Assembly (NCBI GenBank): GCA_041652555.1
Contig: JBAZHE010000004.1
Span: forward strand, 657-64,656
Direction: 5' to 3'
Source of the DNA: Patescibacteria group bacterium
GTDB lineage: Bacteria; Patescibacteriota; Patescibacteriia; Patescibacteriales; WJLG01
Length of the DNA: 64,000 nucleotides
Positions within the stretch are counted from its first letter, which is position 1. Each line of letters opens with the position of its first letter. The notes beneath the pieces were generated by a model that worked only from the letters and a program-made list of their open reading frames with translations, searched no databases and had not been told where the DNA came from. The translations under genes and the position numbers were made by a program. Positions 42,819 to 50,709 of this stretch are shown here, one piece after another.

Positions 42819-43625
42819 TCAAAGAATGTTTCCAGGAGTAACTGTTATACCCAAATCTCCTGCCGGCTCCAGGTTAAATACCGCATTAACAACAACACCA
42901 TTGCCGTCGTGACCAGTTAAAACCAGAGGGAGAGTGTAATCCTTGGAACTTTCCAAGGTCGGTGTAACAATAGAACCCGAGTAAAAAAGATTACCACTAC
43001 ATCCGACGTCAACACCAATATTCCAGAAATAGCCAACAGTCAAGTAACCTGTCTCCTTTATAATATTAACACTACCAGGAAGAAAATTCTTTTTAAACTC
43101 TTTTCTGACAGACGGAGAACTGTTCCAGTCCCAGCAAATCATCGTACTGCAAGCATTGGCAAAAGCTGGATTGTTTTTCAAATCAATTGTCACAATAACT
43201 TTTGTGACTCTAGCTTTGCAATTAACGATAACCGGAAATGTATCAACATCATCTGGGACAGTAAAAAGAAGCATTCCACTATTAAGACAATTTTGACGTA
43301 AGCTATCAAGCCTACTCGCCCCGATAAAATAAGAAGCTCCTTTCTTGAGATTATTAAACCTCACTTTAGAACCGATGCAAACATTTTCTTCACTAATTAT
43401 CTTTCCAGATTGATAATCTTCACCATATCCTATGGAAACAATTAAGGTATCTTCGGCTGAAGCTAATGTTTTAGCTATGCCGCCAATTTTTTCCTGTGGC
43501 AAAGAAACCTCTACAACTGCATTTTCATTTCCGGAAGAAACCAGACCAACACCTGTCCCAAGATTGGAACAGCCGACAAAAGAAATTAGTGCCGCAAGAA
43601 CGGCAAAAACAAATATCCGTTTCAT
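42819..43625 (-). CDS. Lipoprotein, unknown function
   Basis: MKRIFVFAVLAALISFVGCSN (lipobox FVGC). SD AAAGGAG upstream. Confidence 0.6.
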   Translation of the reverse strand: MKRIFVFAVLAALISFVGCSNLGTGVGLVSSGNENAVVEVSLPQEKIGGIAKTLASAEDTLIVSIGYGEDYQSGKIISEENVCIGSKVRFNNLKKGASYFIGASRLDSLRQNCLNSGMLLFTVPDDVDTFPVIVNCKARVTKVIVTIDLKNNPAFANACSTMICWDWNSSPSVRKEFKKNFLPGSVNIIKETGYLTVGYFWNIGVDVGCSGNLFYSGSIVTPTLESSKDYTLPLVLTGHDGNGVVVNAVFNLEPAGDLGITVTPGNIL

Positions 43626-43662
43626 GGTAACTCCTTTTAAATTTCGAATTACGGGTTATGGG

Positions 43663-44292
43663 TTACGGGTTGAACACTACACCAGTATCCGACGGAATGA
43701 TTGTTGGAATAATAACCATTAACCCTAAACTGTCTATGTTAATACCAACTTCAACAACAACTTCTTCGGGAGATAAAAGCACCTCCCCTAAATTTCCACC
43801 TTGAACAACTCTCGTGACAGTTTGGTAACCATCATGAGAAAAAATTACAGGAACTGAAACTGATGCTGTTTTAGCCATCCCCGTTACTTCAGCCGCTTGA
43901 CTAATCGTTGGCAAAATCAAACGATTAGAGATGCTTAACGCTTTTTCAGCCACCTGACCTAATACGGCTACATAACCTCCAAACGGTAATCTTTTTACGG
44001 ATTGCTTATTAGAAATTACTTTACCGTTTAAACTGAAAATTATTCTTTCGTTTTGTGAAATTATAATTTTCTTAGGCTGAAAAATTAAATTCGTTGTCGG
44101 AACAAAAAGTTCAAAATTCCCATTACTCGTGGAAAAAGTGGAGCATTCTGGTGAAGCCAAGTAAATTTTTACTCCACCGACAGGTAAACTCGTTACCGAG
44201 TCTACTGTTTTTCCATTAATCGTTTCTGCGAAACTTACCGGAAACCACATGATCCCCGGCACCAACAAGATAATCAAAGTTTTAATGAACAC
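43663..44292 (-). CDS. Secreted protein with carboxypeptidase-regulatory-like (CarboxypepD_reg) domain
   Basis: Signal peptide; INGKTVDSVTSLPVGGVKIYLASPECSTFSTSNGNFELFV. Confidence 0.5.
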   Translation of the reverse strand: MFIKTLIILLVPGIMWFPVSFAETINGKTVDSVTSLPVGGVKIYLASPECSTFSTSNGNFELFVPTTNLIFQPKKIIISQNERIIFSLNGKVISNKQSVKRLPFGGYVAVLGQVAEKALSISNRLILPTISQAAEVTGMAKTASVSVPVIFSHDGYQTVTRVVQGGNLGEVLLSPEEVVVEVGINIDSLGLMVIIPTIIPSDTGVVFNP

Positions 44293-44460
44293 GAGACACT
44301 CCTTTGTTTTTTTCGTTTTTGTTTTTTATTTGATAGTTGCTTAAATACAACCATCATTAATGTGCTATTAGTATACCAAAAAATAGACAAAAAGTCAAGA
44401 GATAAACAATAAATAATCTATTATTAGCCAAAAAATATGTTTAAGGATTATTTTTTATAG

Positions 44461-44853
44461 TTAATTTTTCTCTAAAAAATGATAAAGCGTGCGGATTAAA
44501 AAATAATGTTTTTTTATAATTTTTTGATAGAGTTCTTCCGCAAATTTATCATTATAAGTATGAATTATTTCATTGCGATCGTCAGCCATCTCTAAAAATT
44601 TTTCCGCCTCAACGTCGGAAATCAGTTTATTCTTTTTTAGCTCCCTAAAACATTCTTTAGGAGAAAAAACATTGATACCAAAATTATTTAACAAAAACAG
44701 CTTAGCTGTTTTCCAAGCCAATTCAAAACAATATTCAAATCTTTTTATAGAGGCATCCCTGATAAATTTATTTTTTCTTTTCTTAACCGCCTCTTCTAAT
44801 GTTAAAAGAGCTTTATTAAAATCCTTTAACTTTAATTTTAACGTTTTATCCAT
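44461..44853 (-). CDS. HEPN-domain protein (HI0074-type nucleotidyltransferase substrate-binding family); putative toxin of a HEPN/MNT pair
   Basis: IRDASIKRFEYCFELAWKTAKLFL and the R-x4-H motif (DDRNEIIHTYN). Confidence 0.75.
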   Translation of the reverse strand: MDKTLKLKLKDFNKALLTLEEAVKKRKNKFIRDASIKRFEYCFELAWKTAKLFLLNNFGINVFSPKECFRELKKNKLISDVEAEKFLEMADDRNEIIHTYNDKFAEELYQKIIKKHYFLIRTLYHFLEKN

Positions 44854-45128
44854 AGCACTTTATTGCTAAAAACATTTTCTTTAAATTCTTTGGAAACTTT
44901 ATTAAAATTAACAATATCTATAAAATACGGGATAGTAGAATCGGCGAAGTTTTCTTTTAATTCGGCAACGGCGCGATAATTAACTTTCCCCAAAATTCCC
45001 AAATCAACATCACCGAAATTTTTTTGCGATAAAGAAGAGCCAAAAATAAAAATTTTAACGCCAGTGTTTTTTTTGGCGAACCGCACAGCTTCGGATTTAA
45101 TTCGTTCTAAATATCTCTTTTTTAACAT
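44838..45128 (-). CDS. Minimal nucleotidyltransferase (MNT); putative antitoxin
   Basis: IFIFGSSLSQKNFGDVDLGILG (GS...DxD). ATG at 45128 lies 6 nt after a TATAAT, suggesting a leaderless transcript. The track start at 45188 is an upstream extension. 16-nt overlap with the HEPN gene. Confidence 0.75.
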   Translation of the reverse strand: MLKKRYLERIKSEAVRFAKKNTGVKIFIFGSSLSQKNFGDVDLGILGKVNYRAVAELKENFADSTIPYFIDIVNFNKVSKEFKENVFSNKVLWIKR

Positions 45129-45168
45129 ATTAAAATTATACCTCTTTTCCGAAAAATGGGCAAATAAA
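45111..45168 (-). promoter_or_regulatory. Promoter module (right copy) of the MNT-HEPN operon
   Basis: Minus strand TTGCCC-17-TATAAT (45163-45158 / 45140-45135). Identical 31 nt to 42671-42701, including the first 6 MNT codons. Confidence 0.55.
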
Positions 45169-45186
45169 ACGCGCTGTACCAATAGC

Positions 45187-45227
45187 AAAAAATAAAAAGC
45201 TACCGTTTGAAATTATCTGGCGGTAGC
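45187..45227 (-). terminator. Rho-independent terminator after the lysS remnant
   Basis: Minus strand GCTACCG-(15-nt loop)-CGGTAGC followed by TTTTTATTTTTT. Confidence 0.6.
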
Positions 45228-45244
45228 CTGGTAAAAAATCAATC

Positions 45245-45895
45245 TCACCTCATTAGAGGAAAAAATACGACATCTGTAAGGTTTCTCTGATTGGTCAGGA
45301 TTGCTGTAAATCGATCAATCCCTAAACCAACTCCTGAACATGGGGGCATTCCGTATTCAAGCGATTTAACGAAAGCATCATCAAAAAACATTGCTTCGCT
45401 ATCGCCACTCTTACGCAAAGAAGCCTGTTCGTTCAAAAGGTTAGCCTGTAAAACAGGATCGGCCAACTCAGAATACGCCTTGACCATTTCCCAACCATTA
45501 ACCAAAACTTGAAAAGAATCGACGACTAACGGATTTTGATCATTCCTTCTTGCTAGGGGTATAAGAATTGATGGGTGATGAACAAGAAAAGTCGGCTGAG
45601 TAAGCTTTGGTCGAGAAACCTTCTTATACAGCTTATCGATCAACCCGCCCAAAGAAATATCCTTAGCAACTTCACCAAGATTAATTCCACTCCTGCCTAT
45701 TTCTGCAAGCAAATCATCCTTTTCTAAATAAGCAAGAACATCAATCCCGCAATCATTAAGAACCAAATCCCGATAATCAACGACTCGCCACTCGCCGGAA
45801 AAATCCAGCACACTGCTCTGATAATCAAATTTGCATAGTAAAACATTAACAAAAAAATGGATTTTAAGCAATATTTTACCAATAGTTGGATTCAA
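45245..45895 (-). pseudogene. lysS: 5'-truncated class II lysyl-tRNA synthetase (C-terminal ~210 aa only)
   Basis: FLVHHPSILIPLARRN, VLVNGWEMVKAYSELADP (motif 2 region), EYGMPPCSGVGLGIDRFTAILT (motif 3). No anticodon-binding domain or motif 1. Only about 120 nt of non-coding sequence lies upstream. Confidence 0.7.
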
Positions 45896-45942
45896 ACCGA
45901 TATTCCCCTATGTTTTCACCAACTATTTTTGACCATTAAACT

Positions 45943-46012
45943 TCATAACAAATTTAAAAAGAGGCGAGCAATTAGCACACCCATCATTTACTAGTAATCA
46001 TATAACAGTCCT
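45943..46012. repeat. ~70-nt intergenic element, copy Y (copy X at 19131-19201)
   Basis: See copy X. Lies between the cupredoxin-like gene stop and the lysS remnant. Confidence 0.6.
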
Positions 46013-46014
46013 AC

Positions 46015-46695
46015 TTATTCAACTATCATTTTCCCGGTAATCTCTTTACGACCGGGAATATCTGAATAAAAAACATATTCGCCTTTTTTTTCAGGGGCGT
46101 TAAAAGTTATTATGCGAGTGTCTCCTTTCATTAAGCCAATAGCGATAGCCGATAAAGACGAATCTTGAAATTTAAAAACTTCCATAAAATCCACAGCCGT
46201 AACCGACAAAGAAACTACCTGTCCGGCTTTGACCTTAAAATTATCAGGAGAAGATCCCGTGGAAGTAAAAGTTAATTTAATAACAGAATCCGGTAATTTA
46301 TCAGGATCAACCGCCACGGACTGCACGGGTGCTCCTTCTCGGCTATCAGAGCCGGAATTATCAGCTTCACTTCCACCGTTCCGAGATAAAACTTTGCCAG
46401 TTTCTATATCTATCGGATTACTGCCTTCGGCCACTATCACTGTTTTAATAATTTTTTCTTCAGTAGAGCTACCGTTTTGTACTGTCCTTTTAAAATTTAC
46501 GGTTTGGGAAGTGCTATCTTCTTGACCGGCATTTTTTTCCGCATCCTTTATTAAGTCGCCAGTTGTTTTCTCAATTTTTATATTTTGAGAAGGGGGAAGG
46601 CCTTTCCAAATTAAAAACCCAACGACAAAAATAAAAATTATTATGCCGACTATTATACCAATGATTGTTAAAATTCTTTTTAATTGATAGCTCAT
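46015..46695 (-). CDS. N-terminally anchored protein with C-terminal cupredoxin-like fold (copper ligands not evident)
   Basis: TM ILTIIGIIVGIIIFIFVVGFLIW. C-terminus FKVKAGQVVSLSVTA...GEYVFYSDIPGRKEITGKMIVE resembles the blue-copper C-terminus, but with Ser/Arg where Cys/His would be. Confidence 0.4.
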   Translation of the reverse strand: MSYQLKRILTIIGIIVGIIIFIFVVGFLIWKGLPPSQNIKIEKTTGDLIKDAEKNAGQEDSTSQTVNFKRTVQNGSSTEEKIIKTVIVAEGSNPIDIETGKVLSRNGGSEADNSGSDSREGAPVQSVAVDPDKLPDSVIKLTFTSTGSSPDNFKVKAGQVVSLSVTAVDFMEVFKFQDSSLSAIAIGLMKGDTRIITFNAPEKKGEYVFYSDIPGRKEITGKMIVE

Positions 46696-46701
46696 ATTTT
46701 T

Positions 46702-48354
46702 TTATTGCAAATTTATTAACACCTGTATTTCAGAATGACCAGGAGTGGCATCTTCCAGTGCCTTGCCGATAATGGTGCCGATTTTAAGATCAACAGCACG
46801 CATTGCCTCACCAGTTGTCGCCGAAGTCGTGAGTAAATCGCCTTTTTTAATCCGCCCAGAAGAATCATTAACTTTTACTGGCACAACACCGACTAAGGCA
46901 ATTACCACTTTTTTATCTGAATCAACTTTACCCATTACGACAGAGGCTTGATCAGAAACTACGCCAACTACGCCGGAATCATATTTTTCAAAGCAAGCAG
47001 TAACATTTTTAAACCCACCATCGTTCATTACTAAAACTGTACCAGCTGGATAATTTTCATCAGCAATAAATTCTTCAGCCGCGTCACCACCGCCTAAATT
47101 AATTTGTCCATCGACCGACAAATCTCCAGAAAATTTTCCATTTCCGACTACATCCAATTTTTCAGTCGGATTTGTCGTCCCGATACCGACGTTACCAATG
47201 TTAAAATAACTATCGCCCATTGAATTTATAAGAGTATTAACTGTTGAACCATTATTAGCATAACCTGATATACTGCCACTTGACGGCGTTGCATTTATTA
47301 TCCATCTATTATATCTCGTTGGGATTGCATTTGCCCAATTAACATAAACCGAACTATTTAGAGTTCCCGACGTACTCCCTTTTGGTCCTAAATAAACCGA
47401 ACTATGACCGTAACTATCGGTCCCAATATGCATTCCGTGACCACTAAATCCTATCCATTTATCAACATCAGCTCCAGCGAGATGGAACAAGGTTTTATCT
47501 TCTGTATTATTACTAATTACTAAAGTATCAGAGAATATACCATTACCAGCAACGTTTAGTTTATAACTACCAGGATTCGTCGTCCCAATGCCGACGTTGG
47601 TACCGTCGTTATAAAGAAGGTTATTGGAGACCCAATTAGTACCATTAGATCGCAAAGTATAACCGCTTACGCCAGAGGCGGAAGGAATGGAACTGCCAAC
47701 AAGAGAATCAACATAAGCCTTGGAAGCGGCTTCGTCGCCACTAGTTGGAGGGGAAGATAATCCCTTAATGCGCCCGTCACCCAAAGCTATGCGCGCTCCG
47801 TACACCGCGCCATCAACGGACAAAGGATAGAGTGGTGAGGTGGAAGCAATTCCAACATTACCAGTATTAGAAATTCTCATTCTTTCATTTAAATATGGTG
47901 CCACTGAATTGTCTGCCGTGTAAAATGCTAAACCTGCCAGAGCGCCATTACTATATTCGGCAATTGAGGCTATTTTCCCGGCCATATCATTAGTCGCAAG
48001 AATAGACGTATCCGCTGATCTGAATTGCAATGAAGAAAATTCTTGACCAACCGCTGTAATATTTGTATTTCCCCCCGAAACAGTTAAAACCCCGGAATTA
48101 CCTGAAGTTCCTTTAACTTCTAAATTAGTTAATGGTGCTACTACTCCAATGCCAACACTACCGGAAATATTAAGCCCGCCGACCTTAGTCTGTGTGGCAG
48201 AGCCGACATTAATCGGAGTATCAAGATTATTTGCTGGCGGAACAGTGCCGTTGGCCGGATTCTGCCAAGCGGCCAAGACGGGAAAAGCAAAAACGATTGC
48301 CAAAATAATAAAAGCAATGGCGTAAAATAAATTTTTGTTTTTATTTAAAAACAT
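46702..48354 (-). CDS. Tail-fibre-like surface protein (GNVGIGTTNP repeats)
   Basis: Signal peptide. GSVGIGVVAPLTNLEV, GNVGIASTSPLYPLSV, TNVGIGTTNPGSYKLNV, GNVGIGTTNPTEKLDV. Conserved C-terminal ...GTIIGKALEDATPGHSEIQVLINLQ. Confidence 0.65.
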   Translation of the reverse strand: MFLNKNKNLFYAIAFIILAIVFAFPVLAAWQNPANGTVPPANNLDTPINVGSATQTKVGGLNISGSVGIGVVAPLTNLEVKGTSGNSGVLTVSGGNTNITAVGQEFSSLQFRSADTSILATNDMAGKIASIAEYSNGALAGLAFYTADNSVAPYLNERMRISNTGNVGIASTSPLYPLSVDGAVYGARIALGDGRIKGLSSPPTSGDEAASKAYVDSLVGSSIPSASGVSGYTLRSNGTNWVSNNLLYNDGTNVGIGTTNPGSYKLNVAGNGIFSDTLVISNNTEDKTLFHLAGADVDKWIGFSGHGMHIGTDSYGHSSVYLGPKGSTSGTLNSSVYVNWANAIPTRYNRWIINATPSSGSISGYANNGSTVNTLINSMGDSYFNIGNVGIGTTNPTEKLDVVGNGKFSGDLSVDGQINLGGGDAAEEFIADENYPAGTVLVMNDGGFKNVTACFEKYDSGVVGVVSDQASVVMGKVDSDKKVVIALVGVVPVKVNDSSGRIKKGDLLTTSATTGEAMRAVDLKIGTIIGKALEDATPGHSEIQVLINLQ

Positions 48355-48414
48355 ATCTTAACAAGTTCCAATAACTATTATAAGTATAGCAACAATCAGC
48401 TCTATTTGTAAATC

Positions 48415-48813
48415 TTATTTTTCACAAAAAAATTCTTCTCCCAATTCAATCATTTTTAATCGGTCTTTTTCAGTTTCATCATTATAGCCGGCCAGATGCA
48501 AAAGGCCGTGTACGAAAATAAATAATAATTCTTTTTTGAAAGAAGTTTTTAATTCGGCGGCCTGGCGCTTGATTTGGGCGGGGCTGATTACTATTTCACC
48601 GAAAAAATCCCCTTCGCCGGTAAAAGATAAAATATCGGTGGCTTTATTTTTTTTACGATAAATAAAATTTAATTTTTTAATCGCACCGTCGGAAATAAAA
48701 GCCACTGAAATATTTTTATTTTTTATTTTGCGCATCCGAAAAAATTTTTCCGCGACAGCAATTAGTTCTTTCTTGTTTATCTTGAATTTAGTAGTATTAT
48801 TTATTTCAATCAT
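48415..48813 (-). CDS. ybeY: rRNA maturation endoribonuclease YbeY
   Basis: FVHGLLHLAGYNDETEKDRLKM (H-x3-H-x5 motif region). 132 aa. Confidence 0.8.
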   Translation of the reverse strand: MIEINNTTKFKINKKELIAVAEKFFRMRKIKNKNISVAFISDGAIKKLNFIYRKKNKATDILSFTGEGDFFGEIVISPAQIKRQAAELKTSFKKELLFIFVHGLLHLAGYNDETEKDRLKMIELGEEFFCEK

Positions 48814-49889
48814 TTTAAAATAAAATTATTCACAAGGACTTGAAAAATATTTTTATAAGGCTCCTTAGCTGAATCGGATGGCACATAAGAGAGTGAGTAA
48901 ATATCATTTTTACCATCATCGGTTAAATAAAAAATATTTTTGTTGGTTGAATAGATTCCCTGCCAACCGTTTTTAAAGACAACCTTATCGGCCGAAGCCG
49001 GCTCGTCGGAAAATTGGCTGTTATACCAAGATAAAATATCTTTTTTTAGAGAATTAAGATCGCCCGTTATTTGAAAGAATGAATTATCTGGCGCCGAAAA
49101 AATCACTGATTCGCCTTGACCGGTTTCTTTTATACTCCAAGCAGTTGGAATTAGAGCGGAATAACCAATACTCCCGCTTTTATACACGCTCAAAGCGAAA
49201 TTAGCCGATAAATCTCCCGCACCGGCCGGATTATAGCCATTAATTAATTCAGAAAGGTCGCCATAAGTATCACCGTCGGAGTCCGCTTTTAAAGGATTAG
49301 TCCCTAAAATCGTTTCTTCAGCATCAGTTAAACCATCGGAGTCGGCATCAACGCCGGAAACAGTTTGTTTTTCAGCCAAAGTTGAAGACGCAACAGCCGG
49401 GGTGGACGAAGAATTTTCGGCCATAGCAGTAGAAGTGGCTGAAGAAACCCAATCTTCTTTTTCTTCCGAGACCGCCGGAGCTGATAATTCCTCTTCTGGC
49501 TTTGGTAATATTTCTTCTTCCAGCTCAGTATTCAACTCTTCTTTTTCTACTTGCGCCTCAGTAATACTTTGTTCACTTTCCGACAAAGAAATTTTTTTAG
49601 GATTTATAAAAAAGATGTAGCCAAGATAAATCGCCGCAATCATAACTAAGATTCCAACAATGATAATTGCCGCTCCAACTGCCCTACTTGATTTAGTGGA
49701 ATCGCCATTACTCAATTTGAATTTCCGTGGCATTACGCGGATTAAAAGATTTTTTTCAATCTCTTTCTCAATATTTTTGTAATCAGGATCTTTTTCTTCC
49801 AAATCCAAATCTTCGCTTAATTCATTAATTTTGCCGGTTAGCCGGCTGTTTTTCTCTGCCATAAAAATAATATTATTTAATGAGTTCAC
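48810..49889 (-). CDS. Anchored protein with thrombospondin-type-3-like Ca-binding repeats
   Basis: TM AIIIVGILVMIAAIYLGYIFF. DADSDGLTDAEETILGTNPLKADSDGDTYGDLSELINGYNP. Confidence 0.55.
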   Translation of the reverse strand: MNSLNNIIFMAEKNSRLTGKINELSEDLDLEEKDPDYKNIEKEIEKNLLIRVMPRKFKLSNGDSTKSSRAVGAAIIIVGILVMIAAIYLGYIFFINPKKISLSESEQSITEAQVEKEELNTELEEEILPKPEEELSAPAVSEEKEDWVSSATSTAMAENSSSTPAVASSTLAEKQTVSGVDADSDGLTDAEETILGTNPLKADSDGDTYGDLSELINGYNPAGAGDLSANFALSVYKSGSIGYSALIPTAWSIKETGQGESVIFSAPDNSFFQITGDLNSLKKDILSWYNSQFSDEPASADKVVFKNGWQGIYSTNKNIFYLTDDGKNDIYSLSYVPSDSAKEPYKNIFQVLVNNFILK

Positions 49890-50691
49890 CCGGCCCCTTA
49901 GGATTATATCCAGCCGTTACTTCATTGCCATCAAGGTAAGTATCGGCATCAGTGTCCGGATTATTGGGATCAGTCAAATAAACTTTAACTTCATCATAGT
50001 CGGATAAATTATCATCGTCAGTGTCGGGTTTTAAGGGGCTCGTATTAAAAATATTAACTTCATCACCGTCAGACAGGCCGTCACCGTCAGTATCAACTTT
50101 AGCTGGATCAGTTCCAGCCAAACTCTCATCAAGATCAGAAAGACCATCTTTATCAATATCAATTGGTACCGCCACAATATCTGTTGAATCTGTTGAAGTG
50201 GCGAAAGTCGTTGATGCAATGTTTTCCGCAATCGGAGCTTCATATATACCATCCGAAACAGTTTGAGTTTCATTTTGCGAAGCAGTCAGCTCTTCAATAT
50301 TATTTTCTTTGGACGTAACATCTTTAATCTCAATGCTAGACTGTTCTCCAATATTCTCTTGATTTTCATTATTAATTATAATCTCTTGTCCAGAAGAAGG
50401 AAAAAATTCATCTTTCAATTGGCTTAAGCCGGTAAACCCTAAAAAATTAGAAGCTAAAACCAAACCGGCCGCGATAACAATCAAAAGAATCAAAATAGCG
50501 ACTAAAATATTTACTAAATTGCTTGGTTTATTTTTCCTGGACGAAGAAGAATTTCCAGCCCCTTGGTCATTTGCAACGTCGAGAACTGATTCTTTAAGGC
50601 CGTTAAAAATATCTTCGGTCGGCGCCGGAGGATTAGTAAAACTTTGCGGAGTAGAGCCGGTGTCCGGCTTTTTGTCTAAATTTTCAAACAT
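49873..50691 (-). CDS. Anchored protein with thrombospondin-type-3-like Ca-binding repeats
   Basis: TM ILVAILILLIVIAAGLVLA. DIDKDGLSDLDESLAGTDPAKVDTDGDGLSDGDEVNIFNTSPLKPDTDDDNLSDYDEV. Confidence 0.55.
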   Translation of the reverse strand: MFENLDKKPDTGSTPQSFTNPPAPTEDIFNGLKESVLDVANDQGAGNSSSSRKNKPSNLVNILVAILILLIVIAAGLVLASNFLGFTGLSQLKDEFFPSSGQEIIINNENQENIGEQSSIEIKDVTSKENNIEELTASQNETQTVSDGIYEAPIAENIASTTFATSTDSTDIVAVPIDIDKDGLSDLDESLAGTDPAKVDTDGDGLSDGDEVNIFNTSPLKPDTDDDNLSDYDEVKVYLTDPNNPDTDADTYLDGNEVTAGYNPKGPGELIK

Positions 50692-50709
50692 AGTTATTGA
50701 AATTAATTA

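Noticed and set aside
43648-43672. Short tandem heptamer ACGGGTT-ATGGGTT-ACGGGTT
   Set aside because: It has only three imperfect units and spans the stop codon of ORF 43663-44292 and the SD region of the next gene. It is probably fortuitous.
48415-48813. YbeY with GYND in place of the usual GYDH (third Zn-ligand His apparently replaced)
   Set aside because: This rests on motif memory only, a local alignment shift could restore a ligand, and it is not strong enough for a finding.
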